A stretch of 64,000 bases of DNA from Antedon mediterranea. Lineage: Eukaryota; Animalia; Echinodermata. The DNA lies in the NCBI RefSeq assembly GCF_964355755.1, contig NC_092671.1:22329970-22393969 (forward strand), read 5' to 3'. Shown piece by piece: positions 1 to 12,956 of this stretch. The notes beneath the pieces are model-generated. The model ran no database searches and was not told the origin of the DNA. It saw only the letters and a program-made list of their open reading frames with translations. How positions within the stretch are numbered: position 1 is the stretch's first letter; every line of letters starts with the position of its first letter. Both the position numbers and the translations under genes were made by a program.

Positions 1-508
1 CTCTTTGATGTTTTTGTGTGAAAAGTGTTATCGAAATGCTCAAATGGTCTAAAACGGTTTATAATGTGATTTTAAGCACTTTGATGTTTTTGTGTAACCA
101 AGTTTCATCGAAATGCACAAAATGGTCTAAAACGTCTCCAAATGCGATTTGAAGCTATTCTAAGAACTTTGGTGTTTTTATGTTAACAAGTTTTTTTGAA
201 AATTACAAAATGGTCTAAAACGTCTCCAAATGCGATTTGAAGCTATTCTATCCATTTTGTGATTTTCGAAAAAAACTTTTTAACATAAAAACATCAAAGT
301 TTACAGAATAGCTTCAAATCGCATTTGGAGACGTTTTAGACAATTTTGTGATTTTCGAAAAAACTTGTTAACATAAAAACACCAAAGTGCTTAGAATAGC
401 TTAAAATCGCATTTGGAGACGTTTTAGACCATTTTGTGATTTTCGAAAAAACTTGTTAACATAAAAATATCAAAGTGTACAGAATAGCTTCAAATCGCAT
501 TTGGAGAC
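1..508. repeat. ~88-bp repeat units arranged head-to-head (foldback/MITE-like or satellite inversion); runs off the window start
   Basis: CAAAATGGTCTAAAACGTCTCCAAATGCGATTTGAAGCTATTCT at ~118 and ~206; its reverse complement AGAATAGCTTCAAATCGCATTTGGAGACGTTTTAGAC at ~305, ~393 and ~481 (last one cut by the GA satellite). Confidence 0.8.
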
Positions 509-3500
509 AAGCGAGAGAGAGATAGATCAGCGAGAGAGAGAGATCAGCGAGAGAGAGATAGATCGGCGAGAGAGAGAGAGAGAGAGAGAGATATATAGAT
601 CAGCGAGAGAGAGATAGATCAGCGAGAGAGAGAGAGAGAGATATATAGATCACCGAGAGAAAGAGATAGATCAGCGAGAAAAAGATAGATCAGTGAGAGA
701 GAGATAGATCAGCAAGAGAGAGAGAGATAGATCAGCGAGAGAGAGATAGATCAGCGAGAGAGAGAGATAGATAAGCGAGAGAAAGAGAGAAAGATCAGCG
801 AGAGAGACAGATAGATCAGCGAGAGAGAGAGATAGATCAGTGAGAGAGAGAGAGAGAGATAGATCAGCGAGAGAGAGAGAGATAGATCAGCGAGAGAGAG
901 AGAGATAGATTAGCGAGAGAGAGAGAGATAGATCAGCGAGAGAGAGAGAGTTAGATCAGCGAGAGAGAGAGAGATAGATAAGCGAGAGAAAGGGATAGAT
1001 CAGCGAGAGAGAGATAGATCAGCGAGAGAGTGATAGATCAGCGAGAGAGAGAGATATATCAGCGAGAGAGAGATAGATCAGCGAGAGAGAGATAGATCAG
1101 CGAGAGAGATGGATCAGCGAGAGAGAGATAGATCAGCGAGAGACAGATAGATCAGCGAGAGAGAGATAGATCAGCGAGAGAAAGATAGATCAGCGAGAGA
1201 GATCAGCGAGAGAGAGAGATAGATCAGCGAGAGAAAGATAGATCAGCGAGAGAGAGATAGATCAGCGAGAGATAGATAGATCAGCGAGATAGAGATAGAT
1301 CAGCGAGAGAGAGAGATAGATCAGCGAGAGAGAGATAGATCAGCGAGAGAAAGAGATAGATCAGCGAGAGAGAGAGATAGATCAGCGAGAGAGAGAGAGA
1401 TAGATCAGCGAGAGAGAGAGAGATAGATCAGTGAGAGATTGATCAGCGAGAGAGAAAGATCAGCGAGAGAGAGATAGATCAGCGAGAGAGAGATAGATCA
1501 GCGAGAGAGAGATAGATCAGCGAGAGAGAGATAGACCAGCGAGAGAGAGATAGATCAGCGAGAGAGAGAGAGAGAGAGAGATAGATCAGCTAGAGAGAGA
1601 GATAGATCAGCGAGAGAAAGAGATAGATCAGCGAGAGAGAGAGATAGATCAGCGAGAGAGAGAGAGATAGATCAGCGAGAGAGAGAGATAGATCAGCGAG
1701 AGATTGATCAGCGAGAGAGAAAGATCAGCGAGAGAGAGATAGATCAGCGAGAGATAGATAGATCAGCGAGAGAGAGATAGATCAGCGAGAGAGAGATAAA
1801 TCAGCGAGAGAGAGAGAGAGAGAGATCAGCGAGAGAGAGAGATAGATCAGCAAGAAAGAGATAGATCAGCGAGAGAGAGATAGATCAGCGAGATAGATCA
1901 GCGAGAGAGATAGATCAGCGAGAGAGAGAGAGAGAGAGATAGATCAACGAGAGAGAGAGATAGATCAGCGAGAAAGAGATAGATCAGCGAGAGAGAGATA
2001 GATCAGCAAGAGAGAGATAGATCAGCGAGAGAGAGATAGATCAGCGAGAGAGAGAGAGAGATAGATCAGCTAGAGAGAGAGATAGATCAGCGAGAGAAAG
2101 AGATAGATCAGCGAGAGAGAGAGAGATAGATCAGCGAGAGAGAGAGAGAGAGAGAGATAGATCAGCGAGAGAGAGAGATAGATCAGCGAGAGATTGATCA
2201 GCGAGAGAGAAAGATCAGCGAGAGAGAGATAGATCAGCGAGAGATAGATAGATCAGCGAGAGAGAGATAGATCAGCGAGAGAGAGATAGATCAGCGAGAG
2301 AGAAAGAGAGAGATAGATCAGCGAGAGAGAGAGATAGATCAGCAAGAAAGAGATAGATCAGCGAGAGAGAGATAGATCAGCGAGATAGATCAGCGAGAGG
2401 GAGATAGATCTGCGATAGAGATATAGATCAGCGAGAGAGAGAGACAGATCAGCGAGAGAGAGAGATAGATCAGCGAGAGAGAGATAGATCAGCGAGAGAG
2501 AGAGAGAGAGATAGATCACCGAGAGAGAGAGAGAGATAGATCAGCGAGAAAGAGATAGATCAGCGAGAGAGAGATAGATCAGCAAGAGAGAGATAGATCA
2601 GCGAGAGAGAGATAGATCAGCGAGAGAGAGAGATAGATAAGCGAGAGAAAGAAAGACAGATCAGCGAGAGAGACAGATAGATCAGCGAGAGAGAGAGATA
2701 GATCAGCGAGAGAGAGAGAGAGAGATAGATAGATCAGCGAGAGAGAGAGATAGATCAGCGATAGAGAGATAGATCAGCGAGAGACAGATAGATCAGCGAG
2801 AGACAGATAGATCAGCGAGAGACAGATAGATCAGCGAGAGAAAGATAGATCAGCGAGAGAGATCAGCGAGAGAGAGATAGATCAGCGAAAGAGAGATAGA
2901 TCAGCGAGAGATAGATAGATCAGCGAGAGAGAGATAGATCAGCGAGAGAGAGATAGATCAGCGAGAGAGAGAGAGATAGATCAGCGAGAGAGAGAGAGAT
3001 AGATCAGCGAGAGAGAGAGAGAGATAGATCAGCGAGAGATTGATCAGCGAGAGAGAAAGATCAGCGAGAGAGAGATAGATCAGCGAGAGAGAGAGATAGA
3101 TCAGCGAGACAGAGATAGATCAGCGAAACAGAGATAGATAGATCAGCGAGAGAGAGAGAGAGAGAAAGAGAGAGATAGATCAGCGAGAGATAGATCAGCG
3201 AGAGAGAGAGATAGATCAGCAAGAGAGAGAGAGATAGATCAACGAGAGAGAGAGATAGATCAGCGAGAGAGAGATATATCAGCGAGAGAGAGATATAGAT
3301 CAGCGAGAGAGAGAGAGATAGATCAGCGAGAGATAGATCAGCGAGAGAGAGATAGATCAGCGAGAGAGAGAGATCAGCGTGAGAGAGATAGATCAGCGAG
3401 AGAGAGAGAGAGGGGGGTGGGGTGGAGAGAGAGAGAGATAGATCAGCGAGAGAGAGAGAGAGATAGATAGATCAGCGAGAGAGAGAGATAGATCAGCGAT

Positions 3501-4456
3501 AGAGAGATAGATCAGCGAGAGACAGATAGATCAGCGAGAGACAGATAGATCAGCGAGAGAGAGATAGATCAGCGAGAGAAAGATAGATCAGCGAGAGAGA
3601 TCAGCGAGAGAGAGATAGATCAGCGAAAGAGAGATAGATAAGCGAGAGATAGATAGATCAGCGAGAGAGAGATAGATCAGCGAGAGAGAGAGAGATAGAT
3701 CAGCGAGAGAGAGATAGATCAGCGAGAGAGAGAGAGATAGATCAGCGAGAGAGAGATAGATCAGCGAGAGATTGATCAGCGAGAGAGAAAGATCAGCGAG
3801 AGAGAGATAGATCAGCGAGAGAGAGAGAGATAGATCAGCGAGACAGAGATAGATCAGCGAAACAGAGATAGATAGATCAGCGAGAGAGAGAGAGAGATCA
3901 GCGAGAGATAGATCAGCGAGAGAGAGATAGATCAGCGAGAGAGAGAGATCAGCGTGAGAGAGATAGATCAGCGAGAGAGAGAGAGAGGGGGTGGGGTGGA
4001 GAGAGAGAGAGAGATAGATCAGCGAGAGAGAGAGAGAGAGATAGATAGATCAGCGAGAGAGAGAGATAGATCAGCGATAGAGAGATAGATCAGCGAGAGA
4101 CAGATAGATCAGCGAGAGACAGATAGATCAGCGAGAGAGAGATAGATCAGCGAGAGAAAGATAGATCAGCGAGAGAGATCAGCGAGAGAGAGATAGATCA
4201 GCGAAAGAGAGATAGATCAGCGAGAGATAGATAGATCAGCGAGAGAGAGATAGATCAGCGAGAGAGAGAGAGATAGATCAGCGAGAGAGAGATAGATCAG
4301 CGAGAGAGAGAGAGATAGATCAGCGATAGAGAGAGAGATAGATCAGCGAGAGATTGATCAGCGAGAGAGAAAGATCAGCGAGAGAGAGATAGATCAGCGA
4401 GAGAGAGAGATAGATCAGCGAGACAGAGATAGATCAGCGAAACAGAGATAGATAGA

Positions 4457-4487
<31 letters not shown>

Positions 4488-7094
4488 TAGATCAGCGAGA
4501 GATAGATCAGCGAGAGAGAGAGATAGATCAGCAAGAGAGAGAGAGATAGATCAACGAGAGAGAGAGATAGATCAGCGAGAGAGAGATATATCAGCGAGAG
4601 AGAGAGATAGATCAGCGTAAGAGAGAGAGATAGATCAGCGAGAGATAGATCAGCGAGAGAGAGATAGATCAGCGAGAGAGAGAGATCAGCGTGAGAGAGA
4701 TAGATCAGCGAGAGAGAGAGAGAGGGGGGGGGTGGAGAGAGAGAGAGAGATAGATCAGCGAGAGAGAGAGATAGATCAGCGAGAGACAGAGATAGAACAG
4801 CGAGAGACAGAGATATATCAGCAAGAGAGAGATATAGATCAGCGAGAGAGAGATGGATCAGCGAGAGAGAGATAGATCAGCGATAGAGAGATAGATCTGC
4901 GAGAGAGAGATAGATCAGCGAGAGAGAGATATATCAGCGAGAGAGAGATAGATCAGCGAGAGAGAGAGATAGATCAGCGAGAGAGAGATAGATCAGCGAG
5001 AGAGAGAGATAGATCACCGAGAGAGAGAGAGATAGATCAGCGAGAAAGAGATAGATCAGCGAGAGAGAGATAGATCAGTAAGAGAGAGATAGATCAGCGA
5101 GAGAGAGATAGATCGCGGAGAGAGAGAGATAGATAAGCAAGAGAAAGAGAGACAGATCAGCGAGAGAGACAGATAGTGTAGCGAGAGAGAGAGAGAGAGA
5201 GATCAGCGAGAGAGAGAGAGAGATAGATCAGCGAGAGAGAGAGAGAGAGAGAGATAGATCAGCGAGAGAGAGAGATAGATTAGCGAGAGAGAGAGAGAGA
5301 GAGAGATAGATCAGCGAGAGAGAGAGAGTTAGATCAGCGAGAGAGAGAGAGATAGATAAGGGAGAGAAAGAGATAGATCAGCGAGAGAGAGATAGATCAG
5401 CGAGAGAGTGATAGATCAGCGAGAGAGAGAGATATATCAGCGAGAGAGAGATAGATCAGCGAGAGAGAGATAGATCAGCGAGAGAGAGAGATGGATCAGC
5501 GAGAGAGAGAGATAGATCAGCGAGAGACAGATAGATCAGCGAGAGACAGATAGATCAGCGAGAGAGATCAGCGAGAGAGAGATAGATCAGCAAGAGAGAG
5601 ATAGATCAGCGAGAGATAGATAGATCAGCGAGAAAGAGATAGATCAGCGAGAGAGAGATAGATCAGCGAGAGAGAGATAGATCAGCGAGAGAGAGAGATA
5701 GATCAGCGAGAGAGAGAGATAGATGAGCGAGAGAGAGAGAGATAGATCAGCGAGAGAGAGAGAGATAGATCAGCGAGAGATTGATCAGCGAGAGAGAAAG
5801 ATCAGCGAGAGAGATAGATCAGCGAGAGAGAGATAGATCCGCGAGAGAGAGATAGATCAGCGAGAGAGAGAGATAGATCAGCGAGAGAGAAAGATAGATC
5901 AGCGAGAGAGAGATAGATCAGCGAGAGAGAGAGATGGATCAGCGAGAGAGAGATAGATCAGCGAGAGACAGATAGATCAGCGAGAGACAGATAGATCAGC
6001 GAGAGAGAGATAGATCAGCGAGAGAAAGATAGATCAGCGAGAGAGATCAGCGAGAGAGAGAGATAGATCAGCGAGAGAGAGATAGATCAGCGAGAGATAG
6101 ATAGATCAGCGAGAGAGAGATAGATCAGCGAGAGAGAGATAGATCAGCGAGAGAGAGATAGATCAGCGAGAGAGAGAGATAGATCAGCGAGAGAGAGAGA
6201 TAGATCAGCGAGAGAGCGAGAGAGATATATCAGCGAGAGATTGATCAGCGAGAGAGAAAGATCAGCGAGAGAGATAGATCAGCGACAGAGAAATAGATCC
6301 GCGAGAGAGAGATAGATCAGTGAGAGAGAGAGATAGATCAGCGAGAGAGAGAGATAGATCAGCGAGAGAGAGAGATAGATCAGCGAGAGAGAGAGAGAGA
6401 TATATAGATCAGCGAGAGAGAGATAGATCAGCAAGAAAGAGATAGATCAGCGAGAGAGAGATAGATCAGCGAGAGAGAGATAGATCAGCGAGAGAAAGAT
6501 AGATCAGCGAGAGAGATCAGCGAGAGAGAGATAGATCAGCGAGAGAGAGATAGATCAGCGAGAGATAGATAGATCAGCGAGAGAGAGATAGATCAGCGAG
6601 AGAGAGATAGATCAGCGAGAGAGAGATAGATCAGCGAGAGAAAGATAGATCAGTGAGAGAGATCAGCGAGAGAGAGATAGATCAGCGAGAGATAGATAGA
6701 TCAGCGAGAGAGAGATAGATCAGCGAGAGAGAGATAGATCAGCGAGAGAGAGATAGATCAGCGAGAGAGAGAGATAGATCAGCGAGAGAGAGAGATAGAT
6801 CAGCGAGAGAGAGAGAGATAGATCAGCGAGAGATTGATCAGCGAGAGAGAAAGATCAGCGAGAGAGATAGATCAGCGAGAGAGAGATAGATCCGTGAGAG
6901 AGAGATAGATCAGCGAGAGAGAGAGATAGATCAGCGAGAGAGAGAGATAGATCAGCGAGAGAGAGAGAGAGAGATAGATCAGCTAGAGAGAGAGATAGAT
7001 CAGCAAGAAAGAGATAGATCAGCGAGAGAGAAAGATCAGCGAGAGAGAGTTAGATCAGCGAGAGAGAGAGATAGATCAGCGAGAGAGAGATAGA

Positions 7095-7125
<31 letters not shown>

Positions 7126-8189
7126 TAGATCAGCGAGAGAGAGATGGATCAGCGAGAGAGAGAGATAGATCAGCGAGAGAGGGATAGATCAGCGAGAGAG
7201 AGAGAGAGATAGATCAGCGAGAGAGAGAGATAGATCAGCGAGAGAGAGAGAGATAGATCAGAGAGAGAGAGAGATAGATCAGCGAGAGAGAGAGAGATAG
7301 ATTAGCGAGAGAGAGAGAGATAGATCAGCGAGAGAGAGAGAGTTAGAACAGCGAGAGAGAGATAGATCAGCGAGAGAGAGAGAGAGCGAGAGAGATAGAT
7401 CAGCGAGAGAGAGAGAGAGAGATAGATCAGCGAGAGAGAGAGATAGATTAGCGAGAGAGAGAGAGAGAGAGATAGATCAGCGAGAGAGAGAGAGAGATAG
7501 ATCAGCGAGAGAGAGAGATAGATCAGCGAGAGAGCGATAGATCAGCGAGAGAGAGATAGATCGGCGAGAGAGAGATAGATCAGCGAGAGAGAGAGAGATA
7601 GATCAGCGAGAGAGAGATAGATCAGCGAGAGAGAGATAGAGAGAGATAGATCAGCGAGAGAGAGAGAGAGATAGATCAGCGAGAGAGAGAGATAGATCAG
7701 CGAGAGAGCGATAGATCAGCGAGAGAGAGATAGATCGGCGAGAGAGAGATAGATCAGCGAGAGAGAGAGAGATAGATCAGCGAGAGAGAGATAGATCAGC
7801 GAGAGAAAGATAGATCAACGAGAGAGAGATAGATCAGTGAGAGAGAGATAGATCAGCGAGAGAGAGATAGATCAGCGAGAGAGAGATGGATCAGCGAGAG
7901 AGAGAGAGATAGATCAGCGAGAGACAGATAGATCAGAGAGAGAGAGATAGATCAGCGAGAGAGATAGATCAGCGAGAGAGAGAGATAGATCAGCAAGAAA
8001 GAGATAGATCAGCGAGAGAGAGATAGATCAGCGAGAGAGAGATAGATCAGCGAGAGGGAGATAGATCAGCGAGAGAGAGATAGATCAGCGAGAGAGAGAT
8101 AGATCAGCGAGAGGGAGATAGATAAGCGAGAGAGAGAGATATATATAGATCAGCGAGAGAGAGATAGATCAGCGAGAGAGAGAGATAGA

Positions 8190-8220
<31 letters not shown>

Positions 8221-8340
8221 TAGATCAGCTAGAGAGAGAGATAGATCAGCAAGAAAGAGATAGATCAGCGAGAAAGAAAGATCAGCGAGAGAGAGTTAGA
8301 TCAGCGAGAGAGAGAGATAGATCAGCGAGAGAGAGATAGA

Positions 8341-8407
<67 letters not shown>

Positions 8408-8509
8408 TAGATCAGCGAGAGAGAGATGGATCAGCGAGAGAGAGATAGATCAGCGAGAGAGGGATAGATCAGCGAGAGAGAGAGAGAGATAGATCAGCGA
8501 GAGAGAGAG
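509..8509. repeat. GATAGATCAGC(GA)n compound satellite (variable ~15-30 bp monomer)
   Basis: Hundreds of tandem gatagatcagcgagagaga units with variable GA number, seen directly. Confidence 0.99.
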
Positions 8510-8865
8510 TGTAACGGTAGTCGTGTCGAGGGCCAAGACAATAACGATGGCACACAATGATTCAATGTACAAAATATAATATTTATTCAATCAAAAAGTA
8601 ATATTATAAAACAATGTGAAACGTAGTGATTCTGACTGATGTTATAGTCTCAAGAATCAATACCCGAACTAACTAACTTAACTACAAAACATATATTTAT
8701 ATTAAGGGGACAGGAAGGATGACTAATTAAATGGTACCACATCCTGATTGACTTTCCTTGGAAGACCCACCTCAGGAATGTAGTGTTCCAAGTTAAGTAG
8801 GCATCGGGGAGAGTAAGGGGTGAATAGCCTGTGTGACTAATAGGGTTTGGTCCCACCATGTTACA
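8510..8865 (-). repeat. 3' LTR (356 bp)
   Basis: Starts TGTAAC (8510) and ends GTTACA (8865), a 6-bp inverted terminus; minus-strand AATAAA at ~8582-8587; abuts (GA)n on the left and the PPT on the right. Confidence 0.9.
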
Positions 8866-8876
8866 TTCCCCCGCTC
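8866..8876 (-). other. Polypurine tract (plus-strand primer)
   Basis: Minus strand reads GAGCGGGGGAA immediately before the LTR TGTAAC. Confidence 0.85.
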
Positions 8877-9659
8877 GTCAATTCGAAGCCGTGTCTTCGA
8901 AACCAACGAGTCACTGAGCCAAAAATGTATTTAGAAACAAACTTAACTACCTAAACAAAAGAAAAATAACGCAAATCGTCACAAATCAATAAATCGGCAA
9001 ACGTGGCAAAACATACAAAAGTAAAAGTAAAATTGGTAAAAGTTCTCAAATTAAAAGTAATAATAATAATATAAAGTGTACATAATACTATATAGCTCAA
9101 CAAACATGTTCAGTTGAAAATGATAGTCAGCAGGTCATAAATTTAGTAACTCCTGTATTTACTCCTGATGGATACATCAATCAGCTGTTGCCAAGAAACA
9201 AGTTGACCTGCTTCCCAAAATTCAGTTCATAACAAAAAAATTTGAGAACGACATAACTGCAGTTGACTGTCCACTATATCTTGAAGAAAATCTTTAAAAA
9301 GTGTACATTTCTGGATTCAAGTTTCTCATCAATCCGAGGAATAAAGTGAAATAGTTTATCAATAAGTAATTCTCATGTAAGTGTTAAAAGTTTCTTGTGA
9401 TCCATTATAATTAACTTCATTCAGGGAACATAGTTGTGAAAAGCTTCTTGTACCCAATGGGCAGGAGGGGAGAACCAATAAAACACAATTCAACATACAC
9501 ATCATCATGACAGTGGCAGTAAACTTAATACTACATTTAACTAAATCCAATCTGATAAGCAAATAACAAGATGAAATTGATTTTACAAAATTATTGAAAA
9601 AGGCACTCTTAACTACTGTACATGTACATAAGGTGTAAAAATAAAGTATCCTAACATAA

Positions 9660-12600
9660 TTAGATTCGAGACAAAGCATCAGCATTAGTATTATGTGATC
9701 CTTTCTTATATTGAACAGTAAAACTATAAGGCTGTAAAGTCAAACTCCATCTAGTAAGACGAGGATTTGTAGTTTTCATTTGATCCAGCCATTTAATAGC
9801 TTTGTGATCTGTTTGTACTATAAAGGGCCGACCATATAGATAAACATGAAATTGTCGTATGGCCCACAAAATAGCTAAGCATTCTTTTTCCATAATCCCA
9901 TAGTTTTCTTCACACGGAGTTAATTTCTTACTTAAATAGGCAACAGGGTGTTCATGTTCATTATCGTCACATTGGGTCAAGACTGCGCCGATAGCTTGAT
10001 TGCTAGCGTCACATTGTAGGATAAATTGTTTATCAAAATTTGGGCTTACTAATACAGGGGAATCGGTCAATTTTGTTTGTAAGGTTCTAAAGGAAGTTTC
10101 CATTTGCTCCGACCAGTTAACATTATTAGGGGATGATTTCCGAGTGGCCTCAGTCAGGGGGAGCGCAATTTGGGAAAAGTCAGGGATGAATTTCCGATAA
10201 TAATTAGCGAGGCCTAAGAATGCCCGGATATTGGTTTTGGTTATGGGGCGGGGATAGTTCTGTAAAGCAGATAATTTATCCGGACTGGGTCTTACTAGGC
10301 CGTTTCCAATTACATGACCCAAATATGACACAGTTTCCTGGGCTATCTCACACTTAGTAGGTTTTACTGTGAGGCCTGCTGCGTTTATCCTATCTAGTAC
10401 TTCAGTTATGTGGAGTAAGTGGGAATTCCAGTCGGTACTAAATATCGCAATGTCATCTAAATAAGCACGGGCAAAACATTCAGTGCCCCTTAGAATGTTA
10501 TCAATTAGTCTCTGAAATGTACCTGGGCTATTAGCCATGCCAAATGGCATAACTTTGTATTGGTATTGGCCCCATGGTGTAATAAATGCAGACTTAAGTT
10601 TAGCTTCATCAGTCAGAGCTATTTGGTAATACCCTTGTGTTAGATCAAGTTTAGTAATGAATTTGGCATTACCGACCTTATCAATGATATCATCTATACG
10701 GGGCATAGGGTATGGGTCAATAATGGTGATTTTGTTTAATTCCCTGTAATCGGTACAAATACGTAGTGATCCATCCGGTTTTGGAACAGAAACAATGGGG
10801 GCAGCCCATGGGCTTGTCGATGGTTCAATGATACCATTATCATGCATGTGTTGTATTTGTAATTTGACTGGGTCTTCTAATGCATAAGGGATTCTATAGG
10901 CTTTTTGTCTTATTGGGGTATCTGTTGTCGTACGGACTTCATGTTTTACCATATCTGTTCTACCTGGGATATCTGTAAACATAAATCGTTTTGAGTAGAA
11001 GATATGGTGAAGGTCATCTTTCTGGGAAGGGGTAAGATAGCCCGGGATATCAATGTCTTTATAGGATTGGGCCTGGGAAGTGGCGGGGCCTGGTGGCTCA
11101 GGGGGAAACCAATCGTCTGGATCTGGGTCAGGGGCAGTGTACATACAATCATTGTTCTGTTTCTGTGGACGTTCGTTGTATAATCGTAGTAAATTAATGT
11201 GGTATGTTTTGTGTTTGTTACCAACTAGTATTTCATAATTAACATCACTTACAACTTTAGAGATAGGATAGGGACCTTGCCATTTAGATTTTACTTTCGA
11301 TGTGTCATCTGGGAGGAGAATTAATACTTTCTGTCCAACCTTAAATTTTCGAGGCAATGTTTTCTTATCATAATAATGTTTCTGTTTCGCTTGGGCTTGT
11401 TTAAGGTTGGTTCTAGCAATGTCATTAACAACCCTTAATTTGTCTTGTAAGTCACTTATGTAATGAGAAATAGGTTGTTTGTTGTCTATCGTGTTTGTCA
11501 TGCTGTCCTTTAAAAGTCGAAGTGGTGTTTTAACTTCGTGGGCAAATACAAGTTCAAAGGGTGTGAATCCTGTTGATTCCTGTTGGGCATCGCGGTATGC
11601 GAATAGAAATAAAGGAACATATCTATCCCATTCATTAAATTGTTCCGGGGTGAGAGACTTTATCATATTTTTCATTGTCCCATTAAACTTCTCGACAAGA
11701 CCATTTGTTTGCTGGTGAAAAGGGGTAGACGTCATCTGTTCAATTTGTAATAAGTCTGATAATTGTTTCATCAGTCGTGAAGTGAAGTTTGTGCCCTGAT
11801 CGGATAGGATTTGTGATGGGAATCCAAAATCTTTGAACACCAGTATCAATGCATCGGCCACAGTTTTGGCTTCAATATTACTAAGGGGCACAGCAAAAGG
11901 GAATCGAGTGGCATAGTCGCAAATTGTCAGTATATAGGCTTTTCTGTTTTTCGAACGTTTAAGTGGGCCTAGAATGTCAATTCCTACTTTGGAGAATGGT
12001 TGACCGACAATTTCTATGGGTTTCATGGGGGCCTTACTATACGTATTAGCATGGGCTGTTTTCTGACATATGTCGCATGTTCTACAGTACGTAGCAACAT
12101 CCGAAAAAATACCTGGCCAATAAAAGGATTGTAGGATACGTTGTGTTGTTTTGTTTACACCGAGGTGGCCGGATGTTGGGTTGTCATGGGCTAAGGAAAG
12201 TATAGTCGGGCGATAAATTGTGGGCAATACGATTTGTTCTAGGCCAGGGAGATTAACACTGGTCTTAATAGATTTCCATTTTCTAAATAATATATCATCT
12301 TTCAAATAAAAGCATACACGATGAGAATTAATTTGGTCAAAAGAGACAGTTCTATCATGTATTATGGTGCTAATGGTTTTATCTTCTTTTTGTTGATGTG
12401 CAAGTTGGTGTGGTGTTGTTTTGATGTCCAAAGGTGAATGATCGGTAATGTGGGCAGTGGTAGTGTTGTCATTTTTCTTTACAATTCGGGACGATCTTGG
12501 GGAAGGTTTAAGTGGTAGGGCATCAGGGATTGGGGACGTTTTAACATTAAGGGCAGCAGCTAAATTAATAGCCTCTTGTCTTTCTTGGTCATGGGCTTGT

Positions 12601-12956
12601 TTTCTGGTAATAGCTAGTATAGAAGGGGGCCATGTGACGTCGTTTGGGTTACCGGTCATAACTTCGTTGCCAAGTAATAAGTCTTTAGGGGTGTCATTAC
12701 TCACGGCTGCCTTTAATTTTCCTCTATAGGCCTTACAATCAATATGTACGTGTACAACTGGGAGGGTTATGCATTGACCAGTAAAGCCTTGTACGGTGAC
12801 AGTTTCACTGGTATAATCCTTGGGTTTAACAAAAGTACTTTTTACAATGCTTTGGGAGCACCCAGTGTCTCTAAGTATTTCAGCCTGTCTGTTGTTAATT
12901 GTACCAGACAGTAACCATGGGCTGGTCCCACAATTGTGTTTAATATACAGGCCTAG
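9660..12956 (-). CDS. pol: Pol polyprotein: aspartic protease - integrase - reverse transcriptase - RNase H
   Basis: The frame is open for 84 codons upstream of the listed 1014-aa ORF and contains the protease motif ILRDTGCSQS (12861-12869). Integrase: HDNPTSGHLG..CRTCDIC, DILGP, SDQGTNF, NGLVEKFNG, WQGPY. RT: KLDLTQGY, MPFG, AYLDD. RNase H: CDAS, EKECLAI, TDH, NADALSR. Confidence 0.95.
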   Translation of the reverse strand, partial: LGLYIKHNCGTSPWLLSGTINNRQAEILRDTGCSQSIVKSTFVKPKDYTSETVTVQGFTGQCITLPVVHVHIDCKAYRGKLKAAVSNDTPKDLLLGNEVMTGNPNDVTWPPSILAITRKQAHDQERQEAINLAAALNVKTSPIPDALPLKPSPRSSRIVKKNDNTTTAHITDHSPLDIKTTPHQLAHQQKEDKTISTIIHDRTVSFDQINSHRVCFYLKDDILFRKWKSIKTSVNLPGLEQIVLPTIYRPTILSLAHDNPTSGHLGVNKTTQRILQSFYWPGIFSDVATYCRTCDICQKTAHANTYSKAPMKPIEIVGQPFSKVGIDILGPLKRSKNRKAYILTICDYATRFPFAVPLSNIEAKTVADALILVFKDFGFPSQILSDQGTNFTSRLMKQLSDLLQIEQMTSTPFHQQTNGLVEKFNGTMKNMIKSLTPEQFNEWDRYVPLFLFAYRDAQQESTGFTPFELVFAHEVKTPLRLLKDSMTNTIDNKQPISHYISDLQDKLRVVNDIARTNLKQAQAKQKHYYDKKTLPRKFKVGQKVLILLPDDTSKVKSKWQGPYPISKVVSDVNYEILVGNKHKTYHINLLRLYNERPQKQNNDCMYTAPDPDPDDWFPPEPPGPATSQAQSYKDIDIPGYLTPSQKDDLHHIFYSKRFMFTDIPGRTDMVKHEVRTTTDTPIRQKAYRIPYALEDPVKLQIQHMHDNGIIEPSTSPWAAPIVSVPKPDGSLRICTDYRELNKITIIDPYPMPRIDDIIDKVGNAKFITKLDLTQGYYQIALTDEAKLKSAFITPWGQYQYKVMPFGMANSPGTFQRLIDNILRGTECFARAYLDDIAIFSTDWNSHLLHITEVLDRINAAGLTVKPTKCEIAQETVSYLGHVIGNGLVRPSPDKLSALQNYPRPITKTNIRAFLGLANYYRKFIPDFSQIALPLTEATRKSSPNNVNWSEQMETSFRTLQTKLTDSPVLVSPNFDKQFILQCDASNQAIGAVLTQCDDNEHEHPVAYLSKKLTPCEENYGIMEKECLAILWAIRQFHVYLYGRPFIVQTDHKAIKWLDQMKTTNPRLTRWSLTLQPYSFTVQYKKGSHNTNADALSRI

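Noticed and set aside
10000-12729. Small plus-strand and alternative-frame ORFs over pol
   Set aside because: Shadow ORFs of the pol coding sequence
9660-12956. Ty1/copia assignment based on domain order
   Set aside because: The RT (YLDD, MPFG), RNase H and GPY integrase motifs are gypsy-type
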